Below are positions 25,023 to 37,652 of a DNA stretch of 64,000 bases, in pieces. Every line of letters begins with the position of its first letter. Position 1 is the first letter of the stretch. Position numbers and translations under genes: made by a program. Source of the DNA: Escherichia coli (GTDB lineage: Bacteria > Pseudomonadota > Gammaproteobacteria > Enterobacterales > Enterobacteriaceae); assembly GCF_041248615.1 (NCBI RefSeq), contig NZ_CP158426.1; one strand, written 5' to 3'. The notes beneath the pieces were generated by a model that worked only from the letters and a program-made list of their open reading frames with translations, was not told the DNA's origin and did no database searches.

Positions 25023-25705
25023 TCTGCGGCATCTCCATAAACAGAAGGCAAGTTAAGTTCTCTTGCACCCTGTGCGCTATTTATCCATGCATACATTTCA
25101 GCGTTGCTGTGAATTGCCAGTCGACGCATCGCACTGTTTTTTTGGGCGCTGATAGTTTTATTACTTTTCTTAAGCAATGAAGCTATCTGGTTGATGCCCC
25201 ATCCTTTACCTAATAGCCGCAGTACCTTGCGCTCTGAAAGAGTGAGAATGACGGAGCGATAGCTAAAATCATGAGTTTCAGTCATTGCCGGAGAGGTCAG
25301 CATGGCGCTGATACGCTCTGCGTGCGTATTGCCGGAACGTACGGTCTTGACCAGATTCTCAATGGGTTCAACATCAGACAATAACGTCGCCGTAGGGCAC
25401 ATAAGCAGTTCTACTGCCTGGGAATACCAGGAGCGTGACACCATGAAAACCCAGTGAATTTCCCGATATTGTGAGATTAAAGAATAATAATGTTCACAAA
25501 CAGAACGTGGATCTTCACTTTCACCGGCTAAATCAGCAATGACTAATCCGGAACGACGTAATTGTAATAAGGTAAGGTCCTCCGCAGAGGCGCTGGATAT
25601 TATTTCATATTCAGGGAAGTGAGTCCTCATGACCTCTTTTAACCCTGCTTGCATAACAGGTATTTTACTGATAACAATTCCATTTTTGCAGCATCCTGGC
25701 AACAT
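24980..25705 (-). CDS. yjjQ: LuxR-type regulator YjjQ
   Basis: Lux[38 protein letters not shown]. Overlaps bglJ. Confidence 0.9.
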
Positions 25706-26323
25706 ATTTCCTCCACATCCACTGTCTAAAAATTATGATGGTTTATTCAGGATATTCATTCCTTAAATGTTTCCAGCAAATTAATAGATTAAGCGAATAA
25801 ATTATCCTTAGCATTCACTTTCATATCAGCATACTCCTGCTGCACAACAACTCCACTGCATGTGTCAGAAGGTTAGCATCAAATGATAACCTGGTGAAAT
25901 AGCCTGGAGACATTTAAAATATCTACATTAAGTTGTTAGAAATACTTAATGAAAAACAGAATTCTCATTCATTTAATTTATAATTAACTGATATCCCTTC
26001 CAGTAGAATGCAAAATCACACAATCAATATTTATTCAATAAAATCTGATAGTTTTAACTTGTAAAAATTAAAAAACGCGCCCAGTTATCTTTTATCCTGA
26101 TTCGTAAAGGCTAAACAATAAATTCATTATAGTGATAATATTCATGTGATAATTTATTTGCGACGAGAGATAATTCGCTTTTTATCACCGAGCTTCTCCC
26201 GATAACCAGGATTAATCAGCGCAATTTTGATCTTAACCTACCGCAAAACAACCGTGCTTCATGATACAAATGGATTCTCATTATCTGAACAATACGCAGC
26301 ACGTCTATGACAAAGGGCGAGTT

Positions 26324-27094
26324 ATGCAAACTGAGCAACAGCGAGCCGTAACACGGCTTTGTATCCAGTGTGGATTATTTCTTTTGCAACATGGTGCGGA
26401 AAGCGCGTTGGTTGATGAGCTTTCCTCACGACTGGGTCGGGCGCTGGGAATGGACAGCGTCGAAAGTTCTATCTCTTCGAACGCCATAGTGCTGACAACT
26501 ATTAAAGATGGGCAATGCCTGACATCGACACGAAAAAATCAAGATCGCGGCATTAATATGCATGTGGTGACTGAAGTCCAGCACATTGTGATTCTGGCGG
26601 AGCATCATCTGCTGGATTACAAAGGTGTAGAGAAACGATTTAGCCAAATTCAGCCATTACGTTACCCGAGATGGCTGGTAGCCTTAATGGTCGGCCTTTC
26701 TTGCGCCTGTTTCTGTAAACTCAATAAAGGTGGCTGGGATGGTGCCGTCATCACCTTCTTTGCCAGTACGGTCGCGATGTATATCCGCCAGCTGCTGGCA
26801 CAACGTCATCTTCATCCACAGATCAACTTTTGCCTCACCGCTTTCGCCGCCACCACCATTTCCGGTTTGCTTTTGCAACTTCCCACTTTCAGCAATACAC
26901 CCACTATCGCGATGGCCGCCAGCGTTCTGCTGCTGGTGCCGGGTTTTCCGTTGATTAATGCCGTCGCCGATATGTTTAAAGGCCACATCAATACCGGACT
27001 GGCACGCTGGGCGATCGCCAGTCTGCTGACACTGGCTACCTGCGTCGGCGTAGTAATGGCACTGACGATTTGGGGGCTACGCGGATGGGTGTGA
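26324..27094 (+). CDS. yjjP: ThrE-family inner-membrane protein YjjP (256 aa)
   Basis: [30 protein letters not shown]... Confidence 0.88.
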
Positions 27095-27558
27095 TCGAAT
27101 TTCTGTTAGCGTTGGCGCAGGATATGATCCTCGCCGCCATTCCTGCGGTCGGCTTTGCGATGGTGTTCAACGTTCCCGTGCGGGCGTTACGCTGGTGTGC
27201 GCTGCTTGGCTCGATAGGTCATGGTTCCCGAATGATCTTAATGACCAGCGGGCTGAATATTGAGTGGTCAACTTTTATGGCTTCTATGCTGGTCGGCACC
27301 ATTGGTATTCAATGGTCGCGCTGGTATCTGGCGCATCCGAAAGTGTTTACCGTGGCGGCTGTTATTCCTATGTTCCCTGGCATATCGGCTTATACCGCAA
27401 TGATTTCGGCGGTAAAAATCAGCCAGCTAGGTTACAGCGAACCGTTGATGATTACCCTGTTAACCAACTTTCTTACAGCTTCATCAATTGTTGGTGCGTT
27501 ATCCATCGGTCTTTCCATTCCTGGATTATGGTTGTACCGCAAGCGCCCTCGCGTATAA
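27085..27558 (+). CDS. yjjB: Inner-membrane protein YjjB (157 aa)
   Basis: [31 protein letters not shown]... Overlaps the yjjP stop. Confidence 0.88.
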
Positions 27559-27664
27559 AATTGCCTCGCTTAAGCACACGGATGAGAGACAGCCTCCTCT
27601 CCTCCGTGTGTTACTATAAAAGTTATCTCCCTTCTCGTTCATCGTTCCATATTTGAGAAACAGT

Positions 27665-28204
27665 ATGTCTTCCAGAGTTTTGACCCCGGACGTCGTTGGT
27701 ATTGACGCCCTGGTACACGATCACCAAACCGTTCTGGCAAAAGCTGAAGGCGGTGTGGTTGCCGTATTTGCTAACAATGCCCCGGCGTTTTATGCCGTCA
27801 CGCCTGCACGCCTGGCTGAACTGCTAGCGCTGGAAGAAAAGCTGGCGCGTCCGGGAAGCGATGTCGCTCTGGACGATCAACTCTATCAGGAACCGCAAGC
27901 TGCTCCCGTTGCTGTACCCATGGGGAAATTCGCCATGTATCCGGACTGGCAACCCGATGCCGACTTTATCCGCCTGGCGGCGCTATGGGGCGTGGCACTA
28001 AGAGCGCCGGTGACCACCGAAGAACTGGCCTCATTCATTGCCTACTGGCAGGCGGAAGGTAAAGTCTTTCACCATGTGCAGTGGCAACAAAAACTGGCGC
28101 GCAGCCTGCAAATCGGTCGTGCCAGCAACGGCGGACTGCCTAAACGAGATGTGAATACGGTCAGTGAACCTGACAGCCAAATTCCACCAGGATTCAGAGG
28201 GTAA
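27665..28204 (+). CDS. dnaT: Primosomal protein DnaT (179 aa)
   Basis: [30 protein letters not shown]...[13 protein letters not shown]. Confidence 0.95.
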   Translation: MSSRVLTPDVVGIDALVHDHQTVLAKAEGGVVAVFANNAPAFYAVTPARLAELLALEEKLARPGSDVALDDQLYQEPQAAPVAVPMGKFAMYPDWQPDADFIRLAALWGVALRAPVTTEELASFIAYWQAEGKVFHHVQWQQKLARSLQIGRASNGGLPKRDVNTVSEPDSQIPPGFRG

Positions 28205-28206
28205 CG

Positions 28207-28944
28207 ATGAAAAACGTTGGCGACCTGATGCAACGCCTGCAAAAAATGATGCCTGCCCATATCAAACCTGCTTTCAAAACGGGTGAAGAACTACTGGCCT
28301 GGCAGAAAGAACAAGGGGCGATCCGCTCCGCCGCTCTCGAACGTGAAAATCGGGCGATGAAAATGCAGCGCACCTTTAACCGCTCCGGTATTCGTCCACT
28401 GCATCAGAACTGCTCCTTTGAGAACTATCGCGTTGAGTGTGAAGGGCAGATGAATGCGTTAAGCAAAGCGCGCCAGTATGTCGAAGAGTTTGACGGCAAC
28501 ATCGCCAGCTTCATCTTTTCTGGTAAGCCAGGAACCGGCAAAAACCATCTGGCGGCGGCAATCTGCAACGAGCTGCTGCTACGCGGTAAATCCGTATTGA
28601 TCATCACCGTGGCCGATATTATGTCGGCGATGAAAGATACCTTCAGGAATAGCGGTACCAGCGAAGAACAACTGCTTAACGATCTGAGCAATGTTGATCT
28701 GCTGGTGATCGATGAGATCGGCGTGCAAACCGAATCGAAATACGAAAAAGTGATCATCAACCAGATCGTCGATCGCCGCTCTTCTTCCAAACGCCCAACC
28801 GGGATGCTGACCAACAGTAATATGGAAGAGATGACCAAGTTGCTGGGCGAACGCGTGATGGACCGTATGCGCCTGGGTAACAGTTTGTGGGTGATCTTCA
28901 ACTGGGATAGCTACCGTAGCCGGGTAACGGGTAAAGAGTATTAA
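28207..28944 (+). CDS. dnaC: Helicase loader DnaC
   Basis: Walker A GKPGTGKNHL. Synteny with dnaT. Confidence 0.95.
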   Translation: MKNVGDLMQRLQKMMPAHIKPAFKTGEELLAWQKEQGAIRSAALERENRAMKMQRTFNRSGIRPLHQNCSFENYRVECEGQMNALSKARQYVEEFDGNIASFIFSGKPGTGKNHLAAAICNELLLRGKSVLIITVADIMSAMKDTFRNSGTSEEQLLNDLSNVDLLVIDEIGVQTESKYEKVIINQIVDRRSSSKRPTGMLTNSNMEEMTKLLGERVMDRMRLGNSLWVIFNWDSYRSRVTGKEY

Positions 28945-28989
28945 TCCCCGTTTCTGGCGGTATACTGCGACACAATTCCACCTTGAGTA

Positions 28990-29487
28990 ATGATGATGAA
29001 AACTGTTAAACATCTTCTGTGCTGTGCCATTGCCGCCAGCGCATTAATTTCCACCGGGGCACATGCTGCGTCATGGAAAGATGCGCTCTCCAGCGCCGCC
29101 AGCGAACTTGGCAACCAAAACAACACGACACAGGAAGGCGGTTGGTCGCTCGCGTCATTAACTAACTTGCTTAGCAGCAGGAACCAGGCCTTAAGCGCAG
29201 ATAACATGAACAATGCCGCAGGCATTCTGCAATACTGCGCGAAGCAAAAGCTGGCTTCGGTAACCGATGCCGAAAACATCAAGAATCAGGTACTGGAAAA
29301 ACTGGGCCTGAACAGTGAAGAGCAAAAAGAAGACACCAACTATCTGGATGGCATTCAGGGTTTGCTGAAAACTAAAGATGGTCAGCAACTCAATCTGGAT
29401 AATATCGGAACGACTCCGCTGGCAGAAAAGGTGAAAACCAAAGCCTGCGATCTGGTGTTAAAGCAGGGGCTGAACTTCATTTCCTGA
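28990..29487 (+). CDS. yjjA: Secreted/periplasmic protein YjjA (DUF2501)
   Basis: Signal peptide MMMKTVKHLLCCAIAASALISTGAHA. Confidence 0.85.
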   Translation: MMMKTVKHLLCCAIAASALISTGAHAASWKDALSSAASELGNQNNTTQEGGWSLASLTNLLSSRNQALSADNMNNAAGILQYCAKQKLASVTDAENIKNQVLEKLGLNSEEQKEDTNYLDGIQGLLKTKDGQQLNLDNIGTTPLAEKVKTKACDLVLKQGLNFIS

Positions 29488-29740
29488 ACCGCGAAACGCC
29501 GCGTTTTAGCTGTTACCCGGCTGACGCGGCTCTCTCCTGCCCTTTTCCCTGCTCCTGGACGGTTTTCCCCCTGTTACACGGGAAGCGACCGTAATCAAAA
29601 AAGTCTGTTTATAAACTAATTCCTAACAACATCGCATTTTTTTGACACTAGAATTGCAGCAATATGGCCACGCCATTACATTGTGCTTCTCAAAAAGCTT
29701 AAACGTTGGCTAAACGGCCCGGTTTAGTGAGGATCGCCCG

Positions 29741-32032
29741 TTGTCAGAACTACTCTCTTTCGCCCTTTTTCTCGCCTCTGTGCTGATTTACGCATGGAAA
29801 GCGGGACGTAACACCTGGTGGTTTGCAGCCACGTTAACGGTGCTGGGGCTATTTGTCGTTTTAAATATCACCCTGTTTGCCAGCGACTATTTTACTGGTG
29901 ATGGTATTAACGACGCGGTTCTCTATACCTTAACCAACAGCCTGACCGGTGCTGGTGTCAGCAAATACATTCTTCCGGGTATCGGCATTGTGCTGGGGCT
30001 GACGGCGGTGTTCGGTGCGCTGGGCTGGATCCTGCGCCGTCGTCGTCATCATCCGCACCATTTTGGTTACAGCCTGCTGGCACTCTTACTGGCGTTGGGT
30101 TCAGTGGATGCCAGCCCGGCATTTCGTCAGATAACGGAACTGGTGAAGTCCCAGTCACGCGACGGCGACCCGGACTTTGCGGCTTATTATAAAGAGCCGT
30201 CGAAAACTATCCCTGACCCGAAACTCAACCTGGTTTATATCTACGGCGAAAGTCTCGAGCGGACCTATTTTGATAACGAAGCTTTCCCGGATCTCACGCC
30301 TGAACTGGGCGCGTTGAAAAATGAAGGCCTGGATTTCAGCCACACGCAGCAGCTGCCGGGAACGGATTACACGATTGCGGGTATGGTGGCTTCTCAGTGC
30401 GGCATTCCGCTTTTTGCCCCATTTGAAGGTAACGCCTCCGCTTCTGTTTCCAGCTTCTTCCCGCAGAACATCTGTCTGGGCGATATCCTGAAAAACTCGG
30501 GTTATCAGAACTATTTCGTGCAGGGCGCGAATCTGCGTTTTGCCGGTAAAGATGTGTTCCTGAAGTCGCATGGCTTCGACCACTTATACGGCTCAGAAGA
30601 GCTGAAAAGCGTGGTAGCCGACCCGCACTATCGCAACGACTGGGGATTCTACGACGATACCGTTCTCGATGAAGCGTGGAAAAAGTTTGAAGAGCTTTCC
30701 CGCTCAGGTCAGCGATTCTCACTGTTTACCCTGACAGTCGATACCCATCACCCGGATGGTTTTATCTCGCGTACCTGTAACCGCAAAAAATATGATTTTG
30801 ACGGTAAGCCGAATCAGTCATTCAGCGCGGTAAGTTGCAGCCAGGAGAATATCGCGACGTTTATCAACAAAATCAAAGCGTCACCGTGGTTTAAAGATAC
30901 CGTCATCGTCGTCTCTTCTGACCATTTAGCGATGAACAACACGGCGTGGAAATACCTTAATAAACAGGATCGCAATAACCTGTTTTTTGTCATCCGTGGC
31001 GACAAGCCGCAGCAAGAGACGCTGGCAGTGAAGCGTAACACGATGGATAACGGCGCGACGGTGCTGGACATTCTCGGTGGCGATAACTATCTCGGACTTG
31101 GTCGTAGCAGTTTATCCGGGCAGTCGATGTCGGAAATCTTCCTCAATATCAAAGAGAAAACATTGGCGTGGAAGCCGGATATCATCCGCCTGTGGAAATT
31201 CCCTAAAGAGATGAAAGAGTTCACCATCGACCAGCAGAAAAACATGATTGCCTTCTCGGGTAGCCATTTCCGTTTGCCGCTGCTGTTGCGGGTTTCAGAC
31301 AAGCGCGTAGAACCGCTGCCGGAAAGTGAATACTCAGCACCGCTGCGTTTCCAGCTGGCCGATTTCGCTCCACGCGACAATTTCGTCTGGGTTGACCGTT
31401 GCTATAAGCTGGCACAACTCTGGGCTCCGGAACTGGCACTTTCCACCGACTGGTGTGTCTCGCAAGGGCAGCTTGGCGGTCAGCAAATTGTCCAGCATGT
31501 TGATAAAACAACATGGAAGGGCAAAACGGCATTTAAAGATACGGTCATCGACATGGCGCGTTACAAAGGCAATGTCGATACGCTGAAGATTGTTGATAAC
31601 GATATTCGCTACAAAGCCGACAGTTTCATCTTTAACGTCGCCGGTGCGCCAGAAGAGGTGAAACAGTTTAGCGGGATTTCCCGTCCGGAGTCGTGGGGCC
31701 GCTGGTCCAACGCGCAACTGGGCGACGAAGTAAAAATCGAGTACAAGCATCCGCTGCCGAAGAAATTTGACCTGGTGATTACCGCCAAAGCATACGGCAA
31801 TAACGCCAGCCGTCCTATTCCGGTACGCGTAGGCAATGAAGAACAAACTCTTGTGCTGGGCAATGAAGTGACCACCACCACGCTGCATTTCGATAACCCA
31901 ACCGATGCCGACACGCTGGTAATTGTGCCGCCGGAACCTGTCTCAACCAACGAAGGGAATATCCTCGGACACTCGCCGCGTAAGCTCGGGATCGGCATGG
32001 TGGAAATTAAAGTGGTAGAACGTGAAGGTTAA
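29741..32032 (+). CDS. opgB: Phosphoglycerol transferase I (OPG biosynthesis), TTG start
   Basis: 763 aa. N-terminal TM segments plus a sulfatase-like domain. Synteny. Confidence 0.93.
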   Translation: MSELLSFALFLASVLIYAWKAGRNTWWFAATLTVLGLFVVLNITLFASDYFTGDGINDAVLYTLTNSLTGAGVSKYILPGIGIVLGLTAVFGALGWILRRRRHHPHHFGYSLLALLLALGSVDASPAFRQITELVKSQSRDGDPDFAAYYKEPSKTIPDPKLNLVYIYGESLERTYFDNEAFPDLTPELGALKNEGLDFSHTQQLPGTDYTIAGMVASQCGIPLFAPFEGNASASVSSFFPQNICLGDILKNSGYQNYFVQGANLRFAGKDVFLKSHGFDHLYGSEELKSVVADPHYRNDWGFYDDTVLDEAWKKFEELSRSGQRFSLFTLTVDTHHPDGFISRTCNRKKYDFDGKPNQSFSAVSCSQENIATFINKIKASPWFKDTVIVVSSDHLAMNNTAWKYLNKQDRNNLFFVIRGDKPQQETLAVKRNTMDNGATVLDILGGDNYLGLGRSSLSGQSMSEIFLNIKEKTLAWKPDIIRLWKFPKEMKEFTIDQQKNMIAFSGSHFRLPLLLRVSDKRVEPLPESEYSAPLRFQLADFAPRDNFVWVDRCYKLAQLWAPELALSTDWCVSQGQLGGQQIVQHVDKTTWKGKTAFKDTVIDMARYKGNVDTLKIVDNDIRYKADSFIFNVAGAPEEVKQFSGISRPESWGRWSNAQLGDEVKIEYKHPLPKKFDLVITAKAYGNNASRPIPVRVGNEEQTLVLGNEVTTTTLHFDNPTDADTLVIVPPEPVSTNEGNILGHSPRKLGIGMVEIKVVEREG

Positions 32033-32044
32033 TTCCTGACTGAT

Positions 32045-32073
32045 GTGTAGGTCGCATAAGGTGCGACCTACAC
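32045..32073 (+). terminator. Hairpin downstream of opgB
   Basis: gtgtaggtcgc-ataaggt-gcgacctacac, an 11-bp stem. Confidence 0.5.
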
Positions 32074-32169
32074 GCCTTCTCCGGCTTACAACACACTATT
32101 AAGAAACAAAAAAAACAGCGCCCAACACTTCCCCGGACGCTGCATGGCAACTTTAATAATCTCGCCTTA

Positions 32170-33192
32170 TCAGAAAGTAATTACACCCTTAATCAACTCA
32201 CGATTGTTAATCACATCACGCTCGTAGGTTTCTGCCAGCGTGGCGAACGGGTAGCGATGGGTTAACATCATGTCGGCAGTGATTTTCCCTTCCGCCATCA
32301 GTCGACCGACTTTAGCGAAATCTTCCGGCGTGGCGTTGCGGCTACCCATCATCGTCGTTTCTTTTTTATGGAATTCTGGATCGGAGAACTGCAACTCACC
32401 TTTAAACAGACCGACAAATACCACCGTGCCGCCGTGACGAATCAGATTCACGGTGTTATTCATCGCATGTTGATTACCTGTCGCGTCGATCACTTTCTGC
32501 GCCAGCGAACCACCAAACTGCGCCCGCAGCTGCGCGTCAAAATCTTCGGCTGACGGGTCCAGCACGGGCAACTCCAGACGCGTTGCCACATGTTCACGGC
32601 GCGCCGGACTGGTATCCGCCACCACTACCTGTGCGCCATCGGCTTTAGCGATTGCCGCCGCGCCCAGACCGATTGGCCCCGCCCCGACCACCAGCACCTG
32701 CTCGCCGGGAGCCATGGCTGCGCGACGCACCGCATGAGCGCTAATAGCGAAAGGTTCAATCAATGCTGCCGCCTGCGGGTCAATACCGTCTGCGGGCAAA
32801 ATGTTCGCCACCGGCACGCTCAAATACTCACTAAAACCGCCATCCTGATGCACGCCAATGACTGAAATTTTTTCACAGCAATTGGTACGCCCGCTTTTAC
32901 ACGCCGGGCATTGCTGACAGGCAACATAAGGGATCACCGCTACTTGCTGTCCATTTTTAAGATTTGCAATATTTTTACCCAGCCCAACAATCTCCCCACA
33001 TATTTCATGGCCTAAAACCCGTGGATAACTAAAAAATGGTTGATTTCCACCCCAGGCATGAATATCGGTACCGCAAATCCCGACAGACTTAATTTTTATT
33101 AATGCTTCATTGTCACCCGGAATAGGTATCTCGCGTTGTTTCCAGACTAATTCTTTCGGCTGCTGGCAAATTAAAACATTCATCGTAGACAT
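32170..33192 (-). CDS. lgoD: L-galactonate-5-dehydrogenase (Zn-ADH family, 340 aa)
   Basis: GHEICGEIV Zn motif. GAGPIGLG Rossmann fold. Confidence 0.9.
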   Translation of the reverse strand: MSTMNVLICQQPKELVWKQREIPIPGDNEALIKIKSVGICGTDIHAWGGNQPFFSYPRVLGHEICGEIVGLGKNIANLKNGQQVAVIPYVACQQCPACKSGRTNCCEKISVIGVHQDGGFSEYLSVPVANILPADGIDPQAAALIEPFAISAHAVRRAAMAPGEQVLVVGAGPIGLGAAAIAKADGAQVVVADTSPARREHVATRLELPVLDPSAEDFDAQLRAQFGGSLAQKVIDATGNQHAMNNTVNLIRHGGTVVFVGLFKGELQFSDPEFHKKETTMMGSRNATPEDFAKVGRLMAEGKITADMMLTHRYPFATLAETYERDVINNRELIKGVITF

Positions 33193-33330
33193 GATTCGGC
33201 TCTCCATTTTTTGTTGCCTTAGATATCAATGAAAATGAAAAATGGCAGCGGAACGGAAAATCTGTTTTGTGAAAACACACGCATAAAAATGTTTTAAATC
33301 GGGTTTTAATGGACTCACAAGGAGGAAAAT

Positions 33331-34245
33331 ATGAGTCGTTCACAAAATTTACGCCACAATGTGATTAACCAGGTCATTGATGATATGGCGCGGGGTCATA
33401 TCCCTTCCCCACTTCCATCGCAAAGTGCGTTGGCGGAAATGTACAACATCAGCCGCACTACAGTGCGTCATATTCTCAGCCACTTACGCGAATGCGGCGT
33501 CTTAACGCAGGTTGGAAACGACTATGTTATTGCGCGTAAACCTGACCATGATGACGGTTTCGCCTGTACTACCGCTTCAATGAGTGAACAAAACAAAGTG
33601 TTTGAGCAGGCTTTTTTCACGATGATAAACCAGCGTCAGTTACGCCCTGGGGAAACTTTTTCTGAACTGCAACTGGCTCGGGCCGCGGGTGTCAGCCCGG
33701 TTGTAGTAAGAGAATATCTTTTAAAATTCGGCCGTTATAATCTTATTCAAAGCGAAAAGCGCGGCCAGTGGAGCATGAAGCAATTCGATCAATCCTACGC
33801 TGAGCAGCTGTTTGAGCTACGCGAAATGCTCGAAACTCATTCACTTCAGCACTTTCTCAACCTGCCTGATCATGATCCCCGCTGGCTGCAGGCGAAAACC
33901 ATGCTCGAACGTCATCGGCTACTGCGTGACAACATCGGCAATAGCTTTCGCATGTTCTCGCAACTTGACAGAGATTTTCACTCCTTACTGCTTTCAGCTG
34001 CCGACAATATCTTTTTTGATCAATCGCTTGAGATCATCTCAGTCATCTTTCATTTTCACTATCAATGGGACGAAAGCGATCTTAAACAGCGCAATATCAT
34101 TGCCGTCGATGAGCATATGACCATTCTCAGCGCTCTGATTTGCCGCAGTGACCTTGATGCCACCCTTGCGCTCCGTAACCATTTGAATTCAGCTAAACAA
34201 TCAATGATTCGATCCATTAATGAGAACACGCGTTATGCTCATTAA
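33331..34245 (+). CDS. lgoR: GntR/FadR-type regulator of L-galactonate utilisation
   Basis: GntR HTH LPSQSALAEMYNISRTTVRHILSHL. Confidence 0.88.
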   Translation: MSRSQNLRHNVINQVIDDMARGHIPSPLPSQSALAEMYNISRTTVRHILSHLRECGVLTQVGNDYVIARKPDHDDGFACTTASMSEQNKVFEQAFFTMINQRQLRPGETFSELQLARAAGVSPVVVREYLLKFGRYNLIQSEKRGQWSMKQFDQSYAEQLFELREMLETHSLQHFLNLPDHDPRWLQAKTMLERHRLLRDNIGNSFRMFSQLDRDFHSLLLSAADNIFFDQSLEIISVIFHFHYQWDESDLKQRNIIAVDEHMTILSALICRSDLDATLALRNHLNSAKQSMIRSINENTRYAH

Positions 34246-34459
34246 GTACGGATTAAAAACAGCAAACTATTAGCGGGTGCACGGTTTTATCAAAAGATAA
34301 ATACCGGGAAATTCCCGCTTACCTATGCTCACAATCAGTCGACTAAAAATGTTTTTGTGAGCGGTAGTAAAGTCCTAAAACTTTAACCTGCCGTTAATGT
34401 CAACCTTGCGTAATGCACAATTACGTAAACAATTAAAATTATAAATACAGGAGTCCGGC

Positions 34460-35821
34460 GTGGAAAAAGAAAATATCACCCTCGATCCGCGTTCTTCATT
34501 TACTCCATCTTCGTCGGCAGATATTCCCGTGCCACCAGATGGATTAGTTCAACGCAGTACCCGAATTAAACGCATTCAAACCACCGCCATGTTGTTATTA
34601 TTTTTTGCGGCGGTAATCAATTATCTCGACCGCAGTTCGCTGTCGGTAGCAAATTTAACGATTCGTGAAGAATTGGGATTAAGTGCCACCGAAATCGGCG
34701 CTTTGCTCTCCGTGTTTTCACTCGCTTACGGGATTGCGCAACTTCCTTGCGGCCCACTATTGGATCGTAAAGGCCCGCGCCTGATGCTGGGACTCGGGAT
34801 GTTCTTCTGGTCACTGTTCCAGGCAATGTCTGGCATGGTGCACAGCTTTACGCAGTTCGTGTTGGTGCGTATCGGTATGGGGATTGGTGAAGCGCCGATG
34901 AACCCATGCGGTGTAAAAGTCATTAACGACTGGTTCAACATCAAAGAGCGCGGACGCCCGATGGGCTTCTTCAACGCAGCTTCTACCATTGGCGTTGCCG
35001 TAAGCCCACCGATTCTTGCGGCGATGATGCTGGTGATGGGCTGGCGCGGGATGTTTATTACCATTGGTGTACTGGGGATTTTTCTCGCCATCGGCTGGTA
35101 TATGCTCTATCGCAACCGCGAGCACGTAGAACTGACTGCCGTTGAACAAGCTTATCTCAATGCAGGTAGCGTCAATGCCCGCCGAGATCCGCTCAGTTTT
35201 GCCGAATGGCGCAGCCTGTTCCGTAACCGCACAATGTGGGGAATGATGCTCGGATTCAGTGGCATCAACTACACTGCGTGGCTGTATCTGGCCTGGCTTC
35301 CTGGTTACCTGCAAACAGCCTATAACCTGGATTTAAAAAGCACAGGGTTGATGGCGGCTATCCCTTTCCTGTTTGGGGCTGCCGGGATGCTGGTCAACGG
35401 TTACGTTACTGACTGGCTGGTCAAAGGGGGAATGGCTCCGATTAAAAGCCGTAAGATCTGCATTATTGCCGGGATGTTCTGTTCTGCCGCCTTTACGCTG
35501 GTCGTACCGCAAGCGACAACATCCATGACGGCGGTTCTGCTGATTGGCATGGCACTGTTCTGTATTCACTTTGCCGGAACATCCTGCTGGGGCTTGATCC
35601 ACGTCGCAGTTGCTTCTCGCATGACGGCGTCGGTGGGCAGTATCCAGAACTTTGCCAGCTTCATCTGCGCCTCTTTTGCGCCGATCATTACTGGTTTTAT
35701 TGTTGATACCACCCACTCATTCCGTCTGGCACTAATCATCTGCGGTTGCGTCACCGCAGCGGGGGCACTGGCGTACATCTTCCTGGTTCGTCAGCCGATC
35801 AACGACCCGCGTAAAGATTAA
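34460..35821 (+). CDS. lgoT: MFS L-galactonate transporter (GTG start)
   Basis: 12-TM MFS anion:cation symporter pattern. Synteny. Confidence 0.9.
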   Translation: MEKENITLDPRSSFTPSSSADIPVPPDGLVQRSTRIKRIQTTAMLLLFFAAVINYLDRSSLSVANLTIREELGLSATEIGALLSVFSLAYGIAQLPCGPLLDRKGPRLMLGLGMFFWSLFQAMSGMVHSFTQFVLVRIGMGIGEAPMNPCGVKVINDWFNIKERGRPMGFFNAASTIGVAVSPPILAAMMLVMGWRGMFITIGVLGIFLAIGWYMLYRNREHVELTAVEQAYLNAGSVNARRDPLSFAEWRSLFRNRTMWGMMLGFSGINYTAWLYLAWLPGYLQTAYNLDLKSTGLMAAIPFLFGAAGMLVNGYVTDWLVKGGMAPIKSRKICIIAGMFCSAAFTLVVPQATTSMTAVLLIGMALFCIHFAGTSCWGLIHVAVASRMTASVGSIQNFASFICASFAPIITGFIVDTTHSFRLALIICGCVTAAGALAYIFLVRQPINDPRKD

Positions 35822-35869
35822 ACTCCCTATGCCCGATAACATTTTGCTTATCGGGCATTTTTATGGCGA

Positions 35870-37534
35870 TTAAAACGTTTCCCAATTCTCGCCGCTATCT
35901 GCCACGGCCATTTTACGCGGCGTAGCTGGCGTCACGGTTTTTACTACAGCCGATGTTTCACGCTGCTGTTGCTGCTGTTGCTGAATCCGGAACACTGCCA
36001 CAGCTTCGGTCAGGCGACTGGCCTGCTCTTCCAGCGCGGCAGCGGCGGCGGCAGATTCTTCCACCAGCGCGGCGTTCTGTTGAGTTACCCGGTCCATCTC
36101 AGCAACCGCTAATCCAACCTGATCGATACCACGGCTCTGCTCATCAGAAGCAGAAGCAATTTCGCCCATAATGTCCGTCACGCGGGTCACGGCACTGACA
36201 ATCTCCGCCATTGTTTCCCCTGCGCTTTCGACCAGCGTAGAGCCAACATCCACTTTCCCCACCGAGTCTTCAATCAGGCTTTTAATTTCACGAGCCGCCT
36301 GGGCGCTGCGCTGGGCCAGATTACGCACTTCTCCCGCGACCACCGCAAAACCGCGCCCTTGCTCACCCGCGCGCGCTGCTTCAACCGCCGCGTTCAAAGC
36401 CAGAATATTGGTCTGGAAGGCAATGCCGTCAATTACGCTGATAATATCGGCGATTTTCTGCGAACTGGTGGAGATATCGCGCATAGTCTGCACCACGTTA
36501 TCCACCACTTTGCCGCCGCGTTGCGCCGTTTCAGAAGCACTTAACGCCAGCTGGCTGGCCTGGCGCGCATTTTCGGCGTTCTGCTTCACCGTTGCGGTCA
36601 GTTGCTCCATGCTGGCTGCCGTCTCTTCCAGCGAAGCGGCCTGTTGCTCGGTGCGCGAAGAGAGATCGTTATTACCGGTGGCGATTTCGCTGGCACCGCT
36701 ATAGATGGCATTGGCCCCGTTGCGCACATCACCGACGGTACGCATCAGCTCTCCCTGCATATGGCGCAAACTCTCTGCCAGTTGCCCCATCTCATTAGAG
36801 CCATCTACCTCAATCGGTTTCACCAGATCGCCGCCTGCAATATGACGAATGCTGTCAATCAGGCGATTCATTGGCGCTACCAACGAGGCTTTAATACCGA
36901 ACCAGACGGCGAAGATGACCGCCAGTACGACGATCATCACGCCCACCAGGATCCACATCGCCTGGCTGTAGGAGGCATTATTATCGCTGACGGCGATATC
37001 ATAGAGCCGATCGTTTTGCTCCATGTAAGCCACATACTGCTTCTCGAAACCGTCCTGATATCCCTGGGTCGGCTGATCAAAGAACTCGTTGATTTTGCCT
37101 GCACCTAACAGTTGGATCAGCTCCGCCAGCGCATTGTGATAAATATCGTAATTACGTTTGATCTCTGCCGCTGCGGCGGTGCTCTGACGCGGGTCACGCG
37201 GCAACGCTTCGTAATCCGCCCAGTTTTTTTCCGCCTGTTTCAGCGAAATACTGGCACTCTGCATCAGCTCAGCAACGGTTGAACCGCTACCAATATTATT
37301 CTGATCCATCATGTAGCGGATACCCGCGCGGTTGAGGGTGTTACGCGTCTGCAACAACGCAACCCAGCTGCCATTCAGCGTGGATTGCTGCTGGCGAATG
37401 GTTTGTAAAACAGTGAAATTTTCTTTGTCATTCTTTAAGGCATTAAAGAACAGACCGCCTGATGTCAGTTGTAAAAGGCCAAAAACGGCCAAAACCAGCA
37501 GTAAGCTGGTCACAATTTTGATACGTTTTAACAT
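35870..37534 (-). CDS. tsr: Serine chemoreceptor Tsr (554 aa)
   Basis: MCP signalling-domain hairpin. C-terminal NWETF pentapeptide. Confidence 0.95.
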   Translation of the reverse strand: MLKRIKIVTSLLLVLAVFGLLQLTSGGLFFNALKNDKENFTVLQTIRQQQSTLNGSWVALLQTRNTLNRAGIRYMMDQNNIGSGSTVAELMQSASISLKQAEKNWADYEALPRDPRQSTAAAAEIKRNYDIYHNALAELIQLLGAGKINEFFDQPTQGYQDGFEKQYVAYMEQNDRLYDIAVSDNNASYSQAMWILVGVMIVVLAVIFAVWFGIKASLVAPMNRLIDSIRHIAGGDLVKPIEVDGSNEMGQLAESLRHMQGELMRTVGDVRNGANAIYSGASEIATGNNDLSSRTEQQAASLEETAASMEQLTATVKQNAENARQASQLALSASETAQRGGKVVDNVVQTMRDISTSSQKIADIISVIDGIAFQTNILALNAAVEAARAGEQGRGFAVVAGEVRNLAQRSAQAAREIKSLIEDSVGKVDVGSTLVESAGETMAEIVSAVTRVTDIMGEIASASDEQSRGIDQVGLAVAEMDRVTQQNAALVEESAAAAAALEEQASRLTEAVAVFRIQQQQQQQRETSAVVKTVTPATPRKMAVADSGENWETF

Positions 37535-37652
37535 GGTTTCTCTTTCCTGTGGACCGATGCAAGATTTTCGGCCTGGAAAGCAAAAACTTTATGAAAAGGT
37601 GTAACCCGCCATCCATGGAAAAACCAGGCGCTGGTTATCAGATATTAAAAAG

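Noticed and set aside
25706-26323. Long AT-rich intergenic region between yjjQ and yjjP, considered as a possible hidden gene or sRNA
   Set aside because: - No ORF with an SD and no terminator-like hairpin were found.
- It is consistent with the known AT-rich, H-NS-silenced yjjQ-bglJ/yjjP control region.
35953-37108. Several plus-strand ORFs inside tsr (e.g. 36171-36704, 36602-37108)
   Set aside because: They are antisense frames of the Ala/Gln-rich MCP coding sequence. Tsr itself is unambiguous.
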